The translations under genes were made by a program, and so were the position numbers. Of a stretch of DNA of 34,650 nucleotides, positions 7,227 to 14,065 are shown in pieces; the first letter of the stretch is position 1, and every line of letters starts with the position of its first letter. The stretch is from an uncultured Candidatus Saccharibacteria bacterium. GTDB taxonomy: Bacteria; Patescibacteriota; JAUYIX01. The notes under the pieces are model-generated. The model had not been told where the DNA came from and did no database searches. It saw only the letters and a program-made list of their open reading frames with translations. Where the stretch lies: NCBI GenBank assembly GCA_964503525.1, contig CAZCZY010000078.1, forward strand, positions 1-34,650, written 5' to 3'.

Positions 7227-7879
7227 TTTTGATCGGCGCAGTACTCACGGTTGGGCTCATTGTCGGCCTGGCTTTTTTAGGCTCCAAGCAAGTTCCCGAT
7301 AAGGTCGAACCTGTTTTTGAAGGCGAAGCACAACTTATCCGAGATTACAGCCCACGATTTGGCGCTGCGGAAGCCGACACCAAAGTAACCATCGTAGAGT
7401 TTGGTGACTTCCAGTGCCCGGCATGTGCATCCACCAACCCTGCCCTTATTGCAGCAGTAGAGAAAAACAAGGATGTCGCCCTGGTGTTTAGACATTTTCC
7501 ACTTGATCAGCACCTCAATGCCGTTCCTGCTGCCCGCGCCAGCGAGGCCGCCGCAGCACAAGGCAAATTTTTTGAGTTTGATAAAATTTTATACGAACGT
7601 CAAAACGATTGGGCCACCGCATCAAATCCAAAAAATAATTTTGAAGACTACGCACAGGAACTGGGCCTAAACGTCGATCAATTCAAAAAAGACTCTGCGC
7701 GCGATGATTTACTCGAGCATATTAGTATCGATCTGGGTGATGCCCAGAAAAAACAGGTCTCGTCAACGCCAACGCTGTTTATCAACGGCACATTGTACGA
7801 AGGGCCACGCGATGAAGCTGGACTTCAAGCAACCATCGAGCAACTACGTGGTGCGTCCGGTGCGTCCGCAACTGAGTAA
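7208..7879 (+). CDS. membrane-anchored DsbA/BdbD-like thiol:disulfide oxidoreductase
   Basis: 223 aa. N-terminal TM anchor (IILIGAVLTVGLIVGLAFLG). Thioredoxin-fold active site FGDFQCPACAS, and a later TPTLFING (cis-Pro loop). Overlaps dsbB by 19 nt. Confidence 0.85.
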   Translation: MGSIKIILIGAVLTVGLIVGLAFLGSKQVPDKVEPVFEGEAQLIRDYSPRFGAAEADTKVTIVEFGDFQCPACASTNPALIAAVEKNKDVALVFRHFPLDQHLNAVPAARASEAAAAQGKFFEFDKILYERQNDWATASNPKNNFEDYAQELGLNVDQFKKDSARDDLLEHISIDLGDAQKKQVSSTPTLFINGTLYEGPRDEAGLQATIEQLRGASGASATE

Positions 7880-7935
7880 AACGTCCCATCTTCGCAACAG
7901 TCGCCGCGTCATCGTTCCAAAAATATTCCCCCGCT

Positions 7936-8727
7936 GTGTTTAAATTTTCTCTATTAACGTGGAACATCCAGGGGCGGCACTATTTTGGCTATACCCCTTT
8001 TTCTAAAATCGCACCGCTGCTCGAAAAAACTCAAGCCGACATTATTTGTCTTCAAGAGTTTCCGCAAGCGCGCTCAGCATTAGAAAAAACAAAATTTGAT
8101 GAGCGCTATCGTGTAATCATTCCACCCAAAAATGAACCTGACGAAGGTCATGTCAATCATAACGTTTCGTTTAGCAAATTTCCGGTGCTACAGCATGGTG
8201 AATTCGCGTTCAAAGAAATTGTGCCAAGCCCCTTGTGGGAAAGAATCGTTTGGATGGATATCGCAGTGCCTCGCGCCGTGCTGCGCGTTTACAATTGTCA
8301 TTTTGGTCTCAAGCGACTTGGTATTTCTCATCGTCTAGAATTTTTGGACGAGGTTTTTAAACATGCGGCGCGCCACAAGGGCCCCGTCATTATTTGTGGT
8401 GACATGAACACAATTATTCCGGCGCGCGGGTTTTGGCGGACGGTTGTTCGTAAATTCCACAAAATTCCAAAATCAACTTTTATTGTCGACGATCAATATT
8501 TTCCCGGCGACGAACGCCACATTTTTAGACAACGAGCAACTGCGGCCGGATACTCCGACCCAACTCCCATCGACGCGAACACATGGCGCTGGCCAAAAAA
8601 ACCTTTTGGGATCCTGCGCCTAAAGTTAGACTGGATTTTAATACGCGGCCTTAAAGCTGAACCAGCCCAATTTGGAAAAATAATCTCTGATCATCGCTGG
8701 GTTCAGACGACGCTTACCCTCGAATAG
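7936..8727 (+). CDS. endonuclease/exonuclease/phosphatase (EEP) family protein
   Basis: 263 aa, GTG start. EEP motifs LLTWNIQG, IICLQEF, VIICGDMN and a C-terminal SDHRWVQTTL. No signal peptide. Confidence 0.75.
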   Translation: MFKFSLLTWNIQGRHYFGYTPFSKIAPLLEKTQADIICLQEFPQARSALEKTKFDERYRVIIPPKNEPDEGHVNHNVSFSKFPVLQHGEFAFKEIVPSPLWERIVWMDIAVPRAVLRVYNCHFGLKRLGISHRLEFLDEVFKHAARHKGPVIICGDMNTIIPARGFWRTVVRKFHKIPKSTFIVDDQYFPGDERHIFRQRATAAGYSDPTPIDANTWRWPKKPFGILRLKLDWILIRGLKAEPAQFGKIISDHRWVQTTLTLE

Positions 8728-8786
8728 TCAGCACACGCCAATTAGTTTGCGTCGAGGAATAATTACGCACTTGTCAAAACAGCCCG

Positions 8787-8820
8787 GCGCGTGATGTACT
8801 GACGCGCTTGGTTCTTTTTT
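8787..8820 (+). terminator. rho-independent terminator after the EEP gene
   Basis: GCGCGT-gatgtactg-ACGCGC forms a 6-bp GC stem, followed by TTGGTTCTTTTTTATTTTT. Confidence 0.55.
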
Positions 8821-8843
8821 ATTTTTAGAGAGTGAGGTGTCAC

Positions 8844-9473
8844 GTGGTAAAAAAGAAGTCTAAACCCTGGCTGGGCGAGTGTCTCATCATGGTCGATACA
8901 GAAACGGTGGGACTGGATCCAAACGTGCATAGCATGCTTTCAATTGCTGCTTGCGTGGTTGAGGACCCCAGAAAACAAATTTACCTGGAGCTAAAACCCG
9001 TCAATCGCACGGTCGACCAAAAAGCAATGGACCTCAATAAACTCGACCTCGCCCACTTGCGAAAAAACGGACAGACAGTAGTTTGTGCCATGCGTCGCAT
9101 CAAGCGCTGGGTCAAACAAGTGTCCGGTTCGCGTAGGCCAATTTTTACAGGGCGTAATGCCAGTTTTGATTGGGCCTTTGTTACACGCTATTTTGCGCTA
9201 GCTCGCCTCAAGAATCCTTTCCACTATGTGCCACTCGACCTCATTTCGTATTACATGGGCATGATGGCCTGTAGCTTTGAAAAAGCGCAAACACGCAACG
9301 TCGACCAGCGTTTTATCGTCGGCGACACAGCACATCACGCACTCAAAGATGTCTTGCGCCAAACGACAGAGTGGCAACGCTATCAACAATACCAGGGCGA
9401 ACGACTGATATTGCCGAACCTTGCACTGCTCAAAGGCACACTAAAGGACACGGGCACCAAAAGTCCGTTCTGA
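8844..9473 (+). CDS. DEDDh 3'-5' exonuclease (DnaQ/RNase T superfamily)
   Basis: Exo I IMVDTETVGL, Exo II GRNASFDWAFV, Exo III HHALKDV. GTG at 8844 lies 4 nt after GAGGTG. The ORF opens at GTG 8832. Confidence 0.75.
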   Translation: MVKKKSKPWLGECLIMVDTETVGLDPNVHSMLSIAACVVEDPRKQIYLELKPVNRTVDQKAMDLNKLDLAHLRKNGQTVVCAMRRIKRWVKQVSGSRRPIFTGRNASFDWAFVTRYFALARLKNPFHYVPLDLISYYMGMMACSFEKAQTRNVDQRFIVGDTAHHALKDVLRQTTEWQRYQQYQGERLILPNLALLKGTLKDTGTKSPF

Positions 9474-9532
9474 TTGGCAAAAAATACGGTAAGCTTGTCG
9501 CAGCTTTCATTCGTAAAACCAGGAGAAAACCC

Positions 9533-10051
9533 ATGCAGTCACCCACGGTCATACCCACGCCTATCTCGCTCAAGTCGCCTCACCAACGGCGCGTAGAAAA
9601 CTTTATGCGTCTCGCCAAGCAAGACATACCTTCAAAACCACAGATGCCGACTGCCGCGAATCGCCGGCTGCGCGCCGCGCTGTTCATCGAGGAAGTGCTC
9701 GAGACCATCCAGGCACTTGGCTTTACGGTGCGCTCCGCTTCTGGCGAGGCAATCGGCCCCAAAAATTGGCAGTTGACGGAGGATCACACCCCCGATTTCG
9801 TCGAGGTCGCAGATGGATGTGGCGATATCTCGGTCGTAACCAACGGCTGCATGTCGGCGTGCGGTTTCGCTGGAGAGCCACTGCTCCAAGCCATTGATGA
9901 CAATAATCTCCAGAAGTTTGGTCCGGGTTCGTCCAAGGATGAAAACGGAAAGCACGTCAAGCCGCCTGGACATCAGCCGCCTGACATTCTCGCGGTACTT
10001 GTGGCTCAGGGCTACGAGCCCAGTCAGCAATCTGCTGAAGTGCCTGCCTAG
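9533..10051 (+). CDS. MazG-like all-alpha NTP pyrophosphohydrolase family protein
   Basis: ATG at 9533 after AGGAG (9521-9525). Pattern VENFMRLAKQ...RRLRAALFIEEVLETIQA (EExxE), then FVEVADGCGDISVVTNGC, AIDDNNLQKF and GKHVKPPGHQPPD. This is typical of phage-type MazG-like/phosphoribosyl-ATP-PPase-like proteins. Confidence 0.65.
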   Translation: MQSPTVIPTPISLKSPHQRRVENFMRLAKQDIPSKPQMPTAANRRLRAALFIEEVLETIQALGFTVRSASGEAIGPKNWQLTEDHTPDFVEVADGCGDISVVTNGCMSACGFAGEPLLQAIDDNNLQKFGPGSSKDENGKHVKPPGHQPPDILAVLVAQGYEPSQQSAEVPA

Positions 10052-10081
10052 CAATACAAAAAACATTTCAAACCTACAAAA

Positions 10082-10123
10082 ACGCCCGGGTAATTATTAC
10101 CTGGGCGTGTTTATTTATTTTTT
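10082..10123. terminator. bidirectional rho-independent terminator
   Basis: ACGCCCGGGTAA-tta-TTACCTGGGCGT forms a 12-bp stem with one G-U pair. The plus strand has a T-rich tail (GTTTATTTATTTTTT) and the minus strand reads TTTTT. Confidence 0.7.
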
Positions 10124-10452
10124 GGGTTCGCATTTGTGAGGTACAAGCCAACAAGGTTGAGGGCAAATGCGGCCGCCATTACTGCACTGGCTATCAACGC
10201 AACGGAACCAGCCGAGTCAGGATCGATGGTCATTCGCCACATGATTCGTTGGAGCAGGATGACCGACATCAACACCGTTACCATCGTTCGACCCAGTCCG
10301 ATCCCGCACTTAACCTCGAGAATGAGTCCAAACGCAAAAACAAAGATGGCAATGAGCATGATGTCACGCTGCCCATCAAATCCTAGGCGAACGCGATTAT
10401 CGATGAACGTTGTGATGGCACCAATGGCAACTACCGGCGCAAAGGTCACCAC
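10111..10452 (-). CDS. small polytopic membrane protein, unassigned
   Basis: 113 aa from GTG. 3-4 hydrophobic helices (VTFAPVVAIGAITTFI, IMLIAIFVFAFGLILEV, MVTVLMSVILL, VALIASAVMAAAFALNLVGLYL). The opposite-strand ORF 10136-10477 is compositionally implausible. No SD seen. Confidence 0.45.
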   Translation of the reverse strand: MVTFAPVVAIGAITTFIDNRVRLGFDGQRDIMLIAIFVFAFGLILEVKCGIGLGRTMVTVLMSVILLQRIMWRMTIDPDSAGSVALIASAVMAAAFALNLVGLYLTNANPKNK

Positions 10453-10591
10453 TTGGCGAACACTATGCTGCTGCTAAGGCCAATGCAGCAACCAATCCAG
10501 GCTTGAGCATGTATCCCAACTTTCTACTTGGTCCGACCTAAAATGGAAAAAGAACGCCTGAAGGCCCCAACACTAGCGCCCTGTGGATAAT

Positions 10592-10620
10592 TTGACAAAT
10601 CAAACAAAACGTTGTAAGGT
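10592..10620 (+). promoter_or_regulatory. sigma70-like promoter
   Basis: Consensus -35 TTGACA (10592-10597), 17-nt spacer, -10 TAAGGT (10615-10620). Confidence 0.55.
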
Positions 10621-10675
10621 GCTGCCTAGTACGTGACAGAACGTTCTTTTAGAAAGAGGTGTGTTATGCATCACC

Positions 10676-10890
10676 ATGGTGCGGTCCTGGTAGTCACGGG
10701 AGCGCATGGCAATTACACGGCGCACGCCACGCTGGATAGGATTCCCCCGCCAACCCCAGACGGGCGCGAGGTATTCCGCATCCATGTCAGCCGCTGCGCC
10801 GACCGCGAGGAGCTGCTCGCCGAACTCAATCGGCAGGCACGTATTCGCGCCGATCAACTGCACATCGGCAATATCGCCGGTGTCTACTGA
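10676..10890 (+). CDS. 71-aa hypothetical protein (monocistronic)
   Basis: ATG at 10676 lies 4 nt after AAGAGGTG. Has its own promoter upstream and its own terminator downstream. Sequence MHHHGAVLVVTGAHGNYTAHATLDRIPPPTPDGREVFRIHVSRCADREELLAELNRQARIRADQLHIGNIAGVY. No family recognised. Confidence 0.55.
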
Positions 10891-10910
10891 CAACAGTCGT
10901 CGTAAACAAA

Positions 10911-10945
10911 AAGGGCCTAGAGCAAACTCGCTCGGCCCTTTTTTC
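10911..10945 (+). terminator. rho-independent terminator
   Basis: AAGGGCC..GAGC-aaactc-GCTCGGCCCTT forms a composite stem with a 2-nt bulge, followed by TTTTT. Confidence 0.7.
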
Positions 10946-11033
10946 GTTCCCTAACTGCTTGCAAAAACCTAAAACTGGCGCTACGATTCTCGGCCGTCAA
11001 GAGTGACGGATAGAATAGATCCGGGAGGTGCCT

Positions 11034-11645
11034 ATGTGGCAAGGCGTTGTGTTTGATTGCGATGGATGTCTCGTGGACTCCATGCATAAGGTCTATCGAG
11101 GCGTGTGTAACGTTTTCAAGGAGTCTGGGCTCACGCCACCGACCAAAGCGCAGTTCGACCGTACTTTTTACAACCCCTGGCTCAAGTATTTTGCCGATTG
11201 CGGTATCCACCACGGCGGCGACCAAATCGAGCTGTGGTACAAAGCCGGGACAGAGTTTGGCTTTTGCGAAATGTTCCCAGATGCCCATGTGCTGTTACGG
11301 CACTTGTACATGCGGAACATTCCAATGGCGGTTGTGAGTGGAGCGCCCAACGCCCCGCTACGTGAGAATATCGCGGCCAACAACGCGGATCATTACTTTC
11401 GGTTTATCCAAGGTGAATGCGCCGTAAAAACCGAGGCGATCCAACGATTTTTGGAACGAACAAAAATCCCGCCTAGCAAAGTCGTGATGATCGGCGACGT
11501 TTTGTCCGACATTCGCGACGGAAAAAGAGCAGGGGTTTGCACGGTCGGCATCGCCCGCAGTGTCGCATCACGTCAAGCACTCGAGGATGCCAAGGCTGAT
11601 CGCGTCGTCTCATCACTTGAAGAGTTGCTCCTTTGCTGGCCATAA
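11034..11645 (+). CDS. HAD-superfamily hydrolase (phosphoglycolate phosphatase-like)
   Basis: Motif I VVFDCDGCLVDS, motif II VVSGAPN, motifs III/IV K...MIGDVLSDIRDGKRAG. ATG at 11034 lies 5 nt after GGAGG. Confidence 0.8.
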   Translation: MWQGVVFDCDGCLVDSMHKVYRGVCNVFKESGLTPPTKAQFDRTFYNPWLKYFADCGIHHGGDQIELWYKAGTEFGFCEMFPDAHVLLRHLYMRNIPMAVVSGAPNAPLRENIAANNADHYFRFIQGECAVKTEAIQRFLERTKIPPSKVVMIGDVLSDIRDGKRAGVCTVGIARSVASRQALEDAKADRVVSSLEELLLCWP

Positions 11646-11687
11646 AACCATTACCAATGGAAAATACGACCAGAGAGGTCCAACCAT

Positions 11688-11721
11688 ACCGATCCTTTAT
11701 CCAAAGGGTCGGTTTTCTTTT
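11688..11721 (+). terminator. rho-independent terminator
   Basis: ACCGATCCTTT-atcc-AAAGGGTCGGT forms an 11-bp stem with one G-U pair, followed by TTTTCTTTT. Confidence 0.8.
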
Positions 11722-11859
11722 GTTCGTGCCTTACCGCTAGCAGCGCTTTTTTGCTACGTACGACTGCGCCCCTTTACAAGGTCCATACGCTTAGGTAGTC
11801 TTTACGCGGGCTGAGTAACCCTTATGCCCAGTTTTTGAATATTTGTTAGGTTGTAAACA

Positions 11860-12435
11860 ATTCCTGTAAAAAACCAGTACGTTAACGAACAGATCCGCTC
11901 ACCTAAGTTACGCGTGGTGGCGGCCGATGGTGAAGCTTTGGGCGTTATCACCAAGGAAGAAGCCCTCGCGGCTGCCCGCACGGCTGGTCTTGACCTGGTT
12001 GAAGTCGCGCCAAATGCCAAGCCGCCGGTTGCCCGCATCATGGATTTTGGTGCTTTCCGCTACCGACAACAAAAGCAGTTGCAACAGCAACGCAAGCACG
12101 CCAAAAAAGTTGAGATCAAAGGGATACGGATCGGTATGCGCATCAGCGAGCATGACTTTAGTCACAAGGTTGACCAAGCGCGTGAGTTTTTACGGGAAGG
12201 TCACCGCGTTAAGCTCGAACTCGTCATGCGTGGACGCGAGCAAGCCTTCCAGCTCCGTGATCGCGCACTCGTAAAAATCGACGGATTTCTAAAAGCTCTG
12301 GATCTCCCCATTATCCGCGAACAAAAAATGTCCAAAGTCGGCAACCGCCTGACACTCGTCGTCTCCGCCGGAAAAATTCCAAAAAAACCAGAGCAAACAA
12401 CCCCTGCCAAGCCAGTTCCAGCCAAACCACAATAA
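11860..12435 (+). CDS. infC: translation initiation factor IF-3, ATT start codon
   Basis: Conserved IF-3 sequence VNEQIRSPKLRVVAADGEALGVITKEEAL...LDLVEVAPNAKPPVARIMDFGAFRY begins upstream of the tracked GTG at 11914. The frame opens after TAA at 11854-11856. The only near-cognate start before the conserved block is ATT at 11860. Confidence 0.9.
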   Translation: MPVKNQYVNEQIRSPKLRVVAADGEALGVITKEEALAAARTAGLDLVEVAPNAKPPVARIMDFGAFRYRQQKQLQQQRKHAKKVEIKGIRIGMRISEHDFSHKVDQAREFLREGHRVKLELVMRGREQAFQLRDRALVKIDGFLKALDLPIIREQKMSKVGNRLTLVVSAGKIPKKPEQTTPAKPVPAKPQ

Positions 12436-12439
12436 TCTC

Positions 12440-12667
12440 ATGCCCAAAATCAGAACACATCGAGCCAGTGCCAAGCGATTTAAATTAACCGGCGGCCGCA
12501 AAAAGCGATTTATGAGTCGCCGTGCAACGCAGGATCATTTTAATGCGCGCGAAGACGGTGGGACTATTCGTGCCAAGCGCATTGACCGTGTTGTTGATGC
12601 TACTAGTACCAAGCGCCTAAAAGTGTTGATGCCCTACGCCAGCAAAGTTGCAAAAAATAATCACTAA
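12440..12667 (+). CDS. rpmI: 50S ribosomal protein L35
   Basis: 75 aa: MPKIRTHRASAKRFKLTGGRK...LMPY. Located between infC and rplT. Confidence 0.9.
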   Translation: MPKIRTHRASAKRFKLTGGRKKRFMSRRATQDHFNAREDGGTIRAKRIDRVVDATSTKRLKVLMPYASKVAKNNH

Positions 12668-12670
12668 TTC

Positions 12671-13030
12671 ATGCCACGCGTAAAACGAGGAATAGCAACA
12701 AGAAAGAGGCATAAGCGCCTAAGAAAAGCCACTAAAGGCTACGTCGCGGGAGCGAGCCGTCATATTCGGCGCGCGCATGAAGCACGACTCCACGCGCTGG
12801 AATATAAGCACCGCGGCCGTAAGGAAAAAAAGCGAATTTATCGGTCGGTTTGGATTGTTCGTATCAATAATGCACTAAAAAAACTTGGCGATTTGACCTA
12901 CGGTACGTTTATTCATCAGATGCAACTCAAAAATATTGACTTGGATCGCAAGACCTTGGCCTATCTCGCCGAACATATGCCGCGTGTTTTTGAGGAAGTG
13001 GTAAAATTTGTCACCGGTAAGTCAAAGTAG
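12671..13030 (+). CDS. rplT: 50S ribosomal protein L20
   Basis: 119 aa: MPRVKRGIATRKRHKRLRKATKGY...RIYRSVWIVRINNA...LAYLAE. Confidence 0.95.
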   Translation: MPRVKRGIATRKRHKRLRKATKGYVAGASRHIRRAHEARLHALEYKHRGRKEKKRIYRSVWIVRINNALKKLGDLTYGTFIHQMQLKNIDLDRKTLAYLAEHMPRVFEEVVKFVTGKSK

Positions 13031-13085
13031 ATTTACAGACTAAGTAGATTTTAGGCGCGGCATAAACCTTCCACCAAAAACTTCC

Positions 13086-13298
13086 ATGGCACTAGAAAAA
13101 TTTGCAGACCCAAACGCTCCCAAAGATAATCGCGGACCCTTGATCGGCGGGATTGTCTTAATCGCCGTTGGCATTTACTTTTTGCTCGAACGCTACAACT
13201 TACTCCCACCCTTTAGGACGAGTTGGCCGGTTGTGCTTATCGTCGTGGGCGGCGCATTAATTGTGGGATATATTCTTACGCAAATTCGAAAAAAGTAG
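13086..13298 (+). CDS. small two-TM membrane protein (LiaF-N/DUF5668-like)
   Basis: 70 aa: PLIGGIVLIAVGIYFLLERYNLLP...WPVVLIVVGGALIVGYIL. Resembles the DUF5668 two-helix pattern. Confidence 0.55.
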   Translation: MALEKFADPNAPKDNRGPLIGGIVLIAVGIYFLLERYNLLPPFRTSWPVVLIVVGGALIVGYILTQIRKK

Positions 13299-13709
13299 CG
13301 CGCGACGCGCGAGAAGCCAACCCAGGCTGATCCCGACGATAACGCCAAGCGAGTCAATCAAAACATCGCGAGCGGAAGCTGTTCGTCCAAGAACAAATCC
13401 TTGGTGTAGTTCGTCTATGGCGGCATATGCAATTGCGATGCTAGCCGCGACAAGTCCGGTACGAACAAAATATCTCGGCAGGGTCCCGCGCGTCGCCGCA
13501 GGTCCGGTTTTTTGCGCTGGCCAGAGGGCCCACTGGAGCAACCCTGCTAGCAGAGCAAACTCAAGTGTGTGAGCAATCTTACGCAGCAAAAAATCCTGCG
13601 CAAAGGGGCTGCGCAAGTCTGGGATGTCAGACAATGCCCAAATAAACGCGGCCCAGGCAAGGACTAGCGCCCAGCGCCACCTATGCGGCACTCGTACCTG
13701 GTGCTCCAA
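13257..13709 (-). CDS. VanZ family protein
   Basis: 150 aa, 4 TM. VanZ-like motifs FLLRKIAHTLEFALLAGL and AAIDELHQGFVLGRTASARDVLIDSLGVIVG. Its 3' end overlaps the convergent 70-aa gene by 42 nt. Confidence 0.75.
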   Translation of the reverse strand: MEHQVRVPHRWRWALVLAWAAFIWALSDIPDLRSPFAQDFLLRKIAHTLEFALLAGLLQWALWPAQKTGPAATRGTLPRYFVRTGLVAASIAIAYAAIDELHQGFVLGRTASARDVLIDSLGVIVGISLGWLLARRALLFSNLRKNISHN

Positions 13710-14034
13710 GCGTTTTGCGTAAATGCTGCAATTCCTTGCCCTCTTCTTCTTCTAGAACGTGCGAGAGATATTTCTTGGTGAGTTCGACCTGCTTGGTTGC
13801 GAGCTCTTCTGCGCGCTTGCCTTGTGTTTCTTCAATGTCTGTAAACATACCCTCGAGCCGTTCCCACTCAGCTTGTTCGCGCTCGAGGGCGTCGATCAGC
13901 AAGTCCACTTGGCGCAGCGTTAAGTTTGGCAAATCTTTTTGGATGGCTTCCAACATGTCAGCTGGCATATTCGAAACCGCGAGGAGTTTTCCTAGTTTGT
14001 CGGCGCGTGTTTGCATGTCAGGAGTGAGTGTCAT
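13681..14034 (-). CDS. 117-aa acidic helical hypothetical protein
   Basis: ORF directly downstream of the 772-aa gene (31-nt gap), overlapping the vanZ start by 29 nt. Helical, Glu/Leu-rich (LIDALEREQAEWERLEGMFTDIEETQGKRAEELATKQVELTKKYL). The opposite-strand ORF is Ser/Cys-rich and implausible. Confidence 0.55.
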   Translation of the reverse strand: MTLTPDMQTRADKLGKLLAVSNMPADMLEAIQKDLPNLTLRQVDLLIDALEREQAEWERLEGMFTDIEETQGKRAEELATKQVELTKKYLSHVLEEEEGKELQHLRKTLGAPGTSAA

Positions 14035-14065
14035 GTTCGTATAAAAAATTTATGCATTGGCTAGT

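Noticed and set aside
9371-9532. N-terminal 54-aa extension of the MazG-like ORF overlapping the exonuclease gene
   Set aside because: The extension overlaps the exonuclease 3' end in another frame and lacks an SD. ATG 9533 follows AGGAG, and the conserved domain starts just after it.
10463-10510. 15-codon hydrophobic mini-ORF (MLKPGLVAALALAAA) just upstream of, and out of frame with, the 113-aa membrane protein. It could be a frameshifted N-terminus or a leader peptide.
   Set aside because: There is no SD, it is very short, and fusing it would require an indel that I cannot verify. It is mentioned only as something to check against reads and orthologues.
9632-10893. Other antisense or alternative ORFs (9632-10066 minus, 10136-10477 plus, 10600-10893 minus)
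   Set aside because: Each overlaps a better-supported gene on the other strand (MazG-like motifs; TM-helix periodicity; promoter, SD and terminator for the 71-aa gene). Their products are Arg/Ser/Cys-rich and have no motifs.
13025-13051. 10-bp direct repeat AAGTAGATTT x2 (13025-13034 and 13042-13051). The first copy overlaps the rplT stop codon.
   Set aside because: It is too short to exclude chance, or it may be a trivial local duplication. I can associate no hairpin or known motif with it.
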